This document shows positions 30,196-38,737 of a stretch of 49,178 nucleotides of DNA, one piece after another (position 1 is the first letter of the stretch; every line of letters begins with the position of its first letter). The notes below the pieces were generated by a model. That model was not told the DNA's origin. It saw only the letters and a program-made list of their open reading frames with translations, and did not search any database. The translations under genes were made by a program, and so were the position numbers. Source of the DNA: Candidatus Rokubacteria bacterium CSP1-6 (GTDB lineage Bacteria > Methylomirabilota > Methylomirabilia > Rokubacteriales > CSP1-6). Where the stretch lies: NCBI GenBank assembly GCA_001443385.1, contig LDXP01000008.1, positions 1 through 49,178 of the forward strand, in the 5' to 3' direction.

Positions 30196-31842
30196 GTGGC
30201 AGTGCTCGAGGTCCCCAACCTCTCGGCAGTCCTACGCGGACTCAGCGTCGCGCGGCTGCTGGCGGCCGGCCTGCTCCTGGGCATGGGGGCCCTCCTCAGA
30301 CTGTGGGGAAGCCTCCTTTACCCGTTCCTTCCCTTCGCGCTGTGCCTCGCCGGCGCCGGGACGGCGTCGGTGATCTTCCTCCTCCTCCAGCCCGCGGCGG
30401 GAAACCTGCGGCGCTTCGCCTGGCTGCAGCTGATCCTCGACAGCCTGGTGGTGACGGCCATCGTCGCGTTCACCGGCGGGCCCCGGAGCATCTTCACATT
30501 CCTGTACGTGCTCGTCGTCACGGCGGCCTGCGTGGTGCTGGCGCGCCCGGGAGGGCTCGCCATCGCAGCCCTGTCCAGCCTCCTGTACACGGCGCTCGTG
30601 CTGAGTCGTACCGCGCTCTCCCTGCTCGTCGAGCCCACGGAAACGACCGCCCTGGAGGTCATGACGATCTTCCTCAACACGGCGGCCTTCCTGGTCGTCG
30701 GCGTCCTCGCCGGATCGCTCGGGGAGCGGTACCACGTCATGCATCGCGCCCTGGCGGACCAGAGCAAGGACCTCTCCGACCTCCAGGCCTTCAAGGACCT
30801 CATGTTCGAGTCCCTGGGCTCCGGCCTCGTCGGGATGGACCTCGAGCGGCGAATCACGGCCCTCAACCGCGCCGCCGAGGAGATCACCAGCTACCAGGCG
30901 GCCGAGGCCGTGGGACGCCGCTGGGAATCCGTCTTCGGTGACGGGATCCCCCCGGACGAGATCGACCTCGCCGCGCGCGTCGAGGGCTGGCAGGTCCGGC
31001 GCTACGAGATGCGGCTCCGGCGCAAGGACGGGCGGGAAGTTCCCCTGGGAATTTCGTTCTGGCCCCTCCGATCGGGCCGGGGAGAGCTGGCCGGCATCAT
31101 CGGCGTCTTCCAGGATCTCTCGAGCATCAAGCAGATGGAGGAGCGGATGCGCCAGGCGGACCGCCTCGCGACCATCGGGCGCCTGGCGGCCAACATCGCC
31201 CACGAGATCCGGAATCCGCTGGCGTCGATGTCGGGCGCCATCGAGGTGCTAACCCGGGAGCTGCCCCGCGGCGGGCCCCATGACCGTCTTATCGAGATCG
31301 TGCTGCACGAATCGGATCGGCTGAATCAGATCGTCAAGGAGTTCCTCGAATACGCGCGTCCGGCTCCCCTGCATCCCCTGCCGATGAACGTGGGGGAGGT
31401 GCTCGACGAGGTCCTGCTGCTGCTCGAGCACCGGGCCCTCCCCCCGGATCTGAAGATCGCGCGGGAGTACGACGGCACGGCGACCGCGCGCGTGGACCCC
31501 CAGCAGTTCCGCCAGGCCATCTGGAACCTCTGCATCAACGCCCTGGAGGCCATGCCGGCGGGAGGAGAGCTCCGCATCGGGGCCGGGATCGTGACCCAGC
31601 GGAAGACCAGGAAGCTGGAGGTTTGGGTGGCCGACACCGGAACCGGGATCGACCCGGAGAGCCTCCTGCACATTTTTGAGCCCTTCTTTTCCACCAAGCC
31701 CGCGGGCAGCGGGATCGGCCTCGCGCTGGTCCATCGGGTGATCCAGGACCACGGCGGCGACATCGAAGTGCGAAGCGAACCCGGAGTCGGGACGACGTTC
31801 ACCCTCCGGCTGCCCCTGGCCGAATCCGCCCGCGACGCCTGA
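30196..31842 (+). CDS. pilS: PilS-like sensor histidine kinase
   Basis: Multi-TM N-terminus, PAS-like region, AHEIRNPL, NALEA, DTGTG, FEPFFSTK, GIGL. Confidence 0.88.
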   Translation: MAVLEVPNLSAVLRGLSVARLLAAGLLLGMGALLRLWGSLLYPFLPFALCLAGAGTASVIFLLLQPAAGNLRRFAWLQLILDSLVVTAIVAFTGGPRSIFTFLYVLVVTAACVVLARPGGLAIAALSSLLYTALVLSRTALSLLVEPTETTALEVMTIFLNTAAFLVVGVLAGSLGERYHVMHRALADQSKDLSDLQAFKDLMFESLGSGLVGMDLERRITALNRAAEEITSYQAAEAVGRRWESVFGDGIPPDEIDLAARVEGWQVRRYEMRLRRKDGREVPLGISFWPLRSGRGELAGIIGVFQDLSSIKQMEERMRQADRLATIGRLAANIAHEIRNPLASMSGAIEVLTRELPRGGPHDRLIEIVLHESDRLNQIVKEFLEYARPAPLHPLPMNVGEVLDEVLLLLEHRALPPDLKIAREYDGTATARVDPQQFRQAIWNLCINALEAMPAGGELRIGAGIVTQRKTRKLEVWVADTGTGIDPESLLHIFEPFFSTKPAGSGIGLALVHRVIQDHGGDIEVRSEPGVGTTFTLRLPLAESARDA

Positions 31843-31853
31843 GGCATCCGACC

Positions 31854-33251
<1,398 letters not shown>

Positions 33252-33393
33252 CGTTTTTTGACGGGGCCGCCAACAGATTGCGTCAGCGTTCGGACCGGAA
33301 TCGACGCAGAGACTAGCCCGGGGTGGTTCCAAATCGCTCGTCTTTCCCACCACTTACCCTGAGAGCCGTCCACCGGAGCGTATCCCCGATCCC

Positions 33394-33409
33394 TGGCATC
33401 GAACCTGCA
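33394..33409 (+). promoter_or_regulatory. sigma54 -24/-12 promoter of pilA
   Basis: TGGCAT-CGAAC-CTGCA; TGACG repeats and a TGCGTC/GACGCA dyad at ~33249-33308 upstream; directly after pilR. Confidence 0.72.
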
Positions 33410-33514
33410 GGATAACCGGGCAGGGATGAGGGAACTCATAGGCTCCCTCGAACGCTCGGAGGACAAAGGGTCCTCGGAATCCCTAAACCGAGAGAAAAAA
33501 GGAGGATGACTCAG

Positions 33515-33988
33515 ATGATGAAGTGGTGGAGGAAGCGGGTGACCTTCGGTAACCGACGGGGCTTCACGCTCATCGAGTTGATGATCGTGGTGGCCATCAT
33601 CGGGATCCTGGCGGCGATCGCGGTGCCGCTGTACCAGAACATCCAGTCACGGGCGCGGACCGCGAAGGCCCAGGCCGATACGCGCTCGATCGCCTCGGCG
33701 ATCGTCCAGTATTCCGCCCACTGCGGCGATTACCCAGCAAGCGCTGGCGATAGCTGCATGGGCCCCTTGCCGGGCGCTGGCGGCGCCCTCTATGCCGCGG
33801 GCGGCCTGACTGGGGTGGTGACCAATTCTGGCAACCAGACGGCTGGCCCGTTCTTCTCGGCGAATCCCGTTCCCCCCGCCGGCTGGGGCGCAGCCTATCT
33901 CGTCGCGTACCCGGCGCCAGGCACGTTCTCGGTCACCGCGACCCCGACCAACGGCGACAACAGCGGCAACCCGGTCGTAGCTCCGTAG
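33515..33988 (+). CDS. pilA: major type IVa pilin
   Basis: G|[22 protein letters not shown]; own sigma54 promoter and terminator; GGAGG RBS favours ATG 33515 (ORF opens at 33506). Confidence 0.9.
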   Translation: MMKWWRKRVTFGNRRGFTLIELMIVVAIIGILAAIAVPLYQNIQSRARTAKAQADTRSIASAIVQYSAHCGDYPASAGDSCMGPLPGAGGALYAAGGLTGVVTNSGNQTAGPFFSANPVPPAGWGAAYLVAYPAPGTFSVTATPTNGDNSGNPVVAP

Positions 33989-34012
33989 CTGAGACCGCAA
34001 GCCCAAACGACG

Positions 34013-34046
34013 GAGGGGAGGCCAAAATCTGGCCTCCCCTCTTTGT
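34013..34046 (+). terminator. intrinsic terminator after pilA
   Basis: GAGGGGAGGCCA-aaatc-TGGCCTCCCCTC followed by TTTGT. Confidence 0.75.
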
Positions 34047-34117
34047 CTCCCGGGTGGGGCTGCTGGAAAGGACCCCCCCACTGTGATAGAGGACAGAGAG
34101 GATGGAGGAGGCTCCGC

Positions 34118-34240
34118 GTGGCGCGGTTCGTGCACCGAAGAGGCCCTCGCGGCTTCACGCTCATCGAGCTTCTGGTCGTCGTGGATATCATCGGGATCCT
34201 GGCGGCCAGCGGCGACGGAACCGTGGTGACGGTGCCGTGA
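34118..34240 (+). CDS. head-less micro-pilin or internally deleted pilin remnant (40 aa)
   Basis: GGAGGAGG RBS, GTG start, MARFVHRRGPRG|FTLIELLVVVDIIGILAASGDGTVVTVP*. Confidence 0.6.
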   Translation: MARFVHRRGPRGFTLIELLVVVDIIGILAASGDGTVVTVP

Positions 34241-34262
34241 GGCCCGCGGTGGCGAGGAAGGC

Positions 34263-35027
34263 ATGATGGTGGCGGGTGCCCTCGCGCTGGGAGGAATCGT
34301 GGGGAGCTTCCTCAACGTCTGCGCCTCGCGCCTCCCCAATGGGAGAAGCCTCTGGAGGCCCGGCTCGGCCTGCCCCGCCTGCGCGCACCCCATCCGCTGG
34401 TACGACAACGTGCCCGTCCTCAGCTTTATGGTCCTCCGGGGGCGTTGCCGGGACTGCCGCGCGCCTATCGCGTGGCGGTATCCGGGCGTGGAGTTCGGAA
34501 CGGCGCTGCTCTTCGCCCTCGCCTACGTCCACCTCGGGCTCGGCTGGGAGCTGGCCCTCGCCTTCGTCTTCCTTTCGGCGCTCATGGTCATCACGGTCAT
34601 CGACCTCGAGCACCAGCTGATCCCGGACCGGATCACCCTGCCGGTCATCGCGGCCGGCTTTCTGGCCAGCGTGGTCCTGGGCCGGCCCTCCTGGCCCCAT
34701 TCGCTCCTGGGCATCGTCGTGGGCGGAGGAATCATCTACGCGATCATCCTGGGCAGCCGGCTGGTCATGGGGGTGGAAGGGATGGGCGGAGGCGATATCA
34801 CGCTTGCCGCCATGCTCGGCGCGTTTCTCGGCTGGAAACTTTTGCTCCTCGGCCTGTTTCTGGCGGTGCTGCTCGGAGCCGGCGTTGCCGTGGCGCTCCT
34901 GGCCACCGGCCGGAGAGGCGGGAAGGATCCGATCCCCTTCGGCCCATTCCTGGCCTTGGGGGGCGCGGTCAGTCTGTTTTGGGGGAAGGAGATCCTGCAA
35001 TGGTACCTCAGAGGATTCGTCGGCTAG
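34263..35027 (+). CDS. pilD: prepilin peptidase / N-methyltransferase
   Basis: GSFLNV, CPAC..YDNVP..GRCRDC, IDLEHQLIPD, GMGGGD, IPFGPFLA. Confidence 0.95.
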   Translation: MMVAGALALGGIVGSFLNVCASRLPNGRSLWRPGSACPACAHPIRWYDNVPVLSFMVLRGRCRDCRAPIAWRYPGVEFGTALLFALAYVHLGLGWELALAFVFLSALMVITVIDLEHQLIPDRITLPVIAAGFLASVVLGRPSWPHSLLGIVVGGGIIYAIILGSRLVMGVEGMGGGDITLAAMLGAFLGWKLLLLGLFLAVLLGAGVAVALLATGRRGGKDPIPFGPFLALGGAVSLFWGKEILQWYLRGFVG

Positions 35028-35485
35028 ATCGGGGAGGCTGGAGCCTCCTGGAACTCTTGGTGGTGGTCGCCATCATCGGGATTCTCGCCGCGATCGCGAT
35101 CCCGCTGTTCGCCAGCTATTGGCGGAGCGCGGCGGTCAGGGCGGGAGCCCAGGAGATGCGCACCGCCCTGCTCCAGGCCAAGCAGCTCGCCATCACGCGG
35201 CGCCAGCCCATCTGCGTCCTGCCCGTCGCAGCTCCCGTCAACGGGTACCAGTTCCGCCAGAACAACTGCGCTGGCGCGGTCGTCCCCCTCCAGTTCACGC
35301 CCGGGGCCTTGGCGGGGGGAACCTTCCGCCTCCAGAACAACGTCACGGTCGCCGCCCTCGCAGGGCCCCCCGTCTTCACCCCGCTCGGCGCGGCCGCCCC
35401 GGGCGGACAGTTCCGGGTGACCGGCCCGAGCGGCGATGCCCTTACCATCACGGTCTCGGCGGCCGGTCGCGTCACCTCCCCTTAG
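35000..35485 (+). CDS. fimT: FimT/GspH-like minor pilin
   Basis: G|[50 protein letters not shown]; AAGGAG RBS inside the pilD end. Confidence 0.78.
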   Translation: MVPQRIRRLDRGGWSLLELLVVVAIIGILAAIAIPLFASYWRSAAVRAGAQEMRTALLQAKQLAITRRQPICVLPVAAPVNGYQFRQNNCAGAVVPLQFTPGALAGGTFRLQNNVTVAALAGPPVFTPLGAAAPGGQFRVTGPSGDALTITVSAAGRVTSP

Positions 35486-35496
35486 AACCTCGGGCC

Positions 35497-35531
35497 AAAG
35501 AGGGCCGGAGACCGGGTCTCCGGCCCTCTTT
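35497..35531. terminator. bidirectional intrinsic terminator-like hairpin
   Basis: AAAGAGGGCCGGAGACC-g-GGTCTCCGGCCCTCTTT. Confidence 0.7.
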
Positions 35532-35535
35532 GAAT

Positions 35536-35652
35536 CCTGTCAGTAGCAAGACACCCTCTCAGACACCTGTCAGTATCCCTTGCCTCTCCTCGGCCGGGCG
35601 CCCCCGGAAACCCCTTGGTATGTCATCTCTATGGCCTGGCACATGCGATGCA
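35536..35652 (+). promoter_or_regulatory. sigma54-like promoter with tandem CCTGTCAGTA sites
   Basis: TGGCAC-ATGCG-ATGCA at 35637-35652; CCTGTCAGTA at 35536 and 35566. Confidence 0.55.
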
Positions 35653-35851
35653 TTCCCATCGTCCGAGAGTCTGGGACTGATGGCAGCGACTCACAGAACG
35701 AACCGGGCCGACGGCCGCCCTGCAGGGACCTGGGGGCGTGGATCCTCAGGCCGGCCCCATCCACCCCTCCGCGTCGAAAACCCCTAGCCATTGCCCCTCC
35801 CCGGGCAACCCTCCAGTCCCCGTTGTGGTAAGGGCAATGTCCAGAGAAAAG

Positions 35852-35881
35852 TTGACTTTAAAAAATCGAACTACCTATAAT
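35852..35881 (+). promoter_or_regulatory. sigma70 promoter of pilMNOPQ
   Basis: TTGACT-N18-TATAAT within an AT-rich tract. Confidence 0.65.
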
Positions 35882-35987
35882 TACTGCAATTCGACATTTC
35901 CGCTTATTTTAAAAGGGGTTCTCTTATCCTCAGTTCGGGGCCGATCCGGCCGGGTCGGCAGGGAGTAAAGGAAGAGGGTTAGGGGCG

Positions 35988-37055
35988 ATGGGATTGTTTT
36001 CCACCAAGAAGACCGGTTTTGGTCTGGATGTGGGATCGAGCGCGGTGAAACTCGTCCAGCTGCAGGAGGGCTCGAAGGGCTTCACGCTCGAGACCTTCGC
36101 GATGGTGGAGCTTCCGCCAGACGCCATCGGCGAGGGCATGATCAAGGACCCCCCGGTGGTCGTGGACGCGATCAAGGAGGTCGTGAGCAGGGCGGGGGTC
36201 AAGACCAAGGACGCCGTCCTCAGCGTCTCCGGCCGCGAGCTCATCATGAAGAAGATCCAGCTCCCCAAGGTCACCGCGAAGGAGTTGGGCGACGCGATCA
36301 TGCTGGAGGCCGAGCATCACATTAACCTTCCCATCGATGAGGTCTACCTGGACCACCAGGTCGTGGGACAGTCGGCCGGCCAGGGCGGAACGATGGACGT
36401 GATGCTGGTCGCCGTCAAGAAGAGCAAGATCAACGAGTACGTGGCGGTGGTGGAGGAAGCGGGGCTCACGCCGGTCGTGGTGGACGTGGACGCCTTCGCG
36501 CTCCAGAACCAGTACGAGATGAACAGTCCGGAGACGACGGCGGAGGCGGTGGCGCTGATCGACATCGGTGCCTCGATCATGAAGACGAACGTCGTCCGGG
36601 GAGGGGTTTCGATCTTCGCCCGCGACATCGCTTTCGGCGGGAACAATTACACGCGAGCGATCTCCCAGCGGCTCAACGTCCCCTTCGACAGGGCCGAAGC
36701 CGCCAAGAAGGGGGAAGAGGTCCCGGGCGTCCGCTGGGACGACCTCGTGCCGTCCCTCGAAGCGGTCTCCCGCGAGCTGTCGCTGGAGATCCAGCGCACC
36801 TTCGACTATTTCGCGTCCACGGCCGAATCGGAGCGGATCAGCCGGATCGTCCTCTCCGGGGGCTGCGCCAAGCTCTCCGGGATCGACGAGTTCCTCTCCT
36901 CCAGCTGGGGAATCCCGGTGGAGGTGGTCAAGCCGTTCCAGAACGTCCAGTTCGATCCAAACCGGTTCCCCGCCGATGACCTCTACGCGGCAGGCCCCCT
37001 GCTGGCCGTCGCGGTCGGGCTCGGGATGCGACGCGCGGAGGACAAGCCCGCATGA
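35988..37055 (+). CDS. pilM: type IV pilus assembly protein PilM
   Basis: GLDVGSSAVKLV, VDVDAFAL, IDIGAS, LSGGCA, AVAVGLGMR. Confidence 0.95.
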   Translation: MGLFSTKKTGFGLDVGSSAVKLVQLQEGSKGFTLETFAMVELPPDAIGEGMIKDPPVVVDAIKEVVSRAGVKTKDAVLSVSGRELIMKKIQLPKVTAKELGDAIMLEAEHHINLPIDEVYLDHQVVGQSAGQGGTMDVMLVAVKKSKINEYVAVVEEAGLTPVVVDVDAFALQNQYEMNSPETTAEAVALIDIGASIMKTNVVRGGVSIFARDIAFGGNNYTRAISQRLNVPFDRAEAAKKGEEVPGVRWDDLVPSLEAVSRELSLEIQRTFDYFASTAESERISRIVLSGGCAKLSGIDEFLSSSWGIPVEVVKPFQNVQFDPNRFPADDLYAAGPLLAVAVGLGMRRAEDKPA

Positions 37056-37603
37056 TTAAGATCAACCTCCTCCCGGCGCGCCCGCGCAGGCGGTTCGCGA
37101 TCGCGCTCCCCACCCTGCCGGGCCTCGGCCTGCTCTTCGGGGTCGTCTACGTCGTCGTGATCGTGGCGGTCGTCGGCTACTGGGTCTACCTGAACAACCA
37201 GGGCAACTCGCTCACAGCGGAGATTGTCCGCCTGGAGGCCGAAACGGCGCGGCACAAGGCGTCCATCGCCGAGGGCACGCGGTTCAAGAAGGAAAAGGAG
37301 GACCTGGAGCGGCGCGTGGCGCTCATCGACCTCATCGCCCGAAACCAGGCCCGCCCGATCTACCTCATGGACGCTCTGGCGGACACAGTTCCCCAGGACA
37401 TCTGGCTCACGTCGGTGGAAGAGAAAGAGCAGGTGCTGAAGATCGCCGGCTCGGCGTTTTCCACGACGGCGGTGGCCGACCTCATGTCGAACCTGAAAAA
37501 TTCGGGAAAGTTCAGGGACGTGGACCTGATCGTCTCCAGGCAGGACCTGGCCAAGACACCCCGGGTGGTGACCTTCGAGGTCACCTGCCGCTTCAGCATC
37601 TAG
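37052..37603 (+). CDS. pilN: type IV pilus assembly protein PilN
   Basis: MIKINLLP motif, TM, coiled coil, PQDIWL. Confidence 0.93.
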   Translation: MIKINLLPARPRRRFAIALPTLPGLGLLFGVVYVVVIVAVVGYWVYLNNQGNSLTAEIVRLEAETARHKASIAEGTRFKKEKEDLERRVALIDLIARNQARPIYLMDALADTVPQDIWLTSVEEKEQVLKIAGSAFSTTAVADLMSNLKNSGKFRDVDLIVSRQDLAKTPRVVTFEVTCRFSI

Positions 37604-37607
37604 GCCC

Positions 37608-38243
37608 ATGGCGCTCGAGATCATCACCCAAGCCCCGCGCTCCCAGAAGATCGTCTTCGGGGTCATCATCTTCGTCGTCCTCCTCGCCGGCGGGTACTAC
37701 TTCCTGCTCTCCCCGAAGATGGCGGTGGTGGCCGACCTCCGGCAGCAGCGGGCGGCCAAGGAAACGGAGATGCTCCAGAGCCGGGCGCTGGCGGCGAGCC
37801 TGGCGCGTTTCAAGCAGGAGGCGGCGGCCCTCCGCGCGAGGCTTGAGACCGCGAAGGAACGGCTCCCGTCCGAAAAGGAGATCCCCGGCCTCTACCGGCA
37901 GGTCTCGGACCTGGCCTACCAGACCGGAATGGCCGTCAGCCTGTTCCAGCCCAGGCCCCCGGCCACGAGGGACGTCTACGAGGAGGTCCCGATCTCCATC
38001 AGCGCCGAGGCGGACTACCATCAGCTGGGCACGTTCCTCGATCGCATCGCCCGGCTTTCGAGAATCGTGAACCTGACGGACATGAAAATCACCGGGATCT
38101 CCCGACCTACGGGCACGATTCGGGCCGACCTCACCCTGGCGACGTACGTCTTCCGCCCGGAGGGGGCGCCCCCTTCGCCGGCGCCGGGAGCAAGGCCGGG
38201 AGCCAGGCCGCCCGCACCGCCCCCGCCGGGAGGCGCGCGATGA
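37608..38243 (+). CDS. pilO: type IV pilus assembly protein PilO
   Basis: TM, coiled coil, LPSEKEIP, YEEVPI, YHQLGTF..RLSRIV. Confidence 0.93.
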   Translation: MALEIITQAPRSQKIVFGVIIFVVLLAGGYYFLLSPKMAVVADLRQQRAAKETEMLQSRALAASLARFKQEAAALRARLETAKERLPSEKEIPGLYRQVSDLAYQTGMAVSLFQPRPPATRDVYEEVPISISAEADYHQLGTFLDRIARLSRIVNLTDMKITGISRPTGTIRADLTLATYVFRPEGAPPSPAPGARPGARPPAPPPPGGAR

Positions 38244-38725
38244 GGTCCGCATGGATCGCCGCGCTCGGCCTGATTGGCCTGCTGGCAGGCTGCGGCGGCC
38301 CACCGGCGCCCGCGCCGGCCCCGCCGCGGCCCGCGACGTCCGCGCCGGCCGCCCCTGCCCCTGCTGCGCCCGCCAGGCCGGCGGGGCCCCCGGTGGCAAT
38401 GCCCAAGGAGCCGGAGGTCAAGCCGCTCGAGCCACTGGCCTACGACCCGAAGGGCCGCCGCGACCCGTTCGTCTCGTTGGCAACGGCCGAGGGCGCCAAG
38501 GGTCTCACCGTCGCTGCCGTGAAGCTCGTAGGCATCGTTCACGGGCGGCAGGGACGCCTGGCGCTGGTGGAGGCCCCGGACGGCCTGGGGTACATCCTGA
38601 AGGCCGGAGACCAGATCGGTGATGGCCGAGTGGCGGACATCGGCCGCGACAGCCTGACCTTTTCGGTGGCGGCTCGACCCGGGCTGCCCCCGACGCCGGT
38701 TGTGAAGCGACTCAGAACGCAGTAA
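38240..38725 (+). CDS. pilP: PilP-like lipoprotein
   Basis: LAGC lipobox, YDPKGRRDPF, LVGIV, ALVEAPDG.GY. Confidence 0.88.
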   Translation: MRSAWIAALGLIGLLAGCGGPPAPAPAPPRPATSAPAAPAPAAPARPAGPPVAMPKEPEVKPLEPLAYDPKGRRDPFVSLATAEGAKGLTVAAVKLVGIVHGRQGRLALVEAPDGLGYILKAGDQIGDGRVADIGRDSLTFSVAARPGLPPTPVVKRLRTQ

Positions 38726-38737
38726 GGGAGGACAGCG

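Noticed and set aside
33515-33988. PilA as an electrically conductive (e-pilus type) pilin
   Set aside because: Full-length pilin with Ile at mature position 27 and only about 11 aromatic residues in 141; does not fit the proposed criteria
33550-35110. Shufflon or DGR acting on the three pilin N-terminal repeats
   Set aside because: The similarity is the normal conserved prepilin motif; no invertase, reverse transcriptase or adenine-specific template pattern was seen
38150-38400. Repetitive GC-rich sequence in pilO/pilP and pilQ 39150-39450
   Set aside because: Explained by Pro/Ala-rich protein linkers
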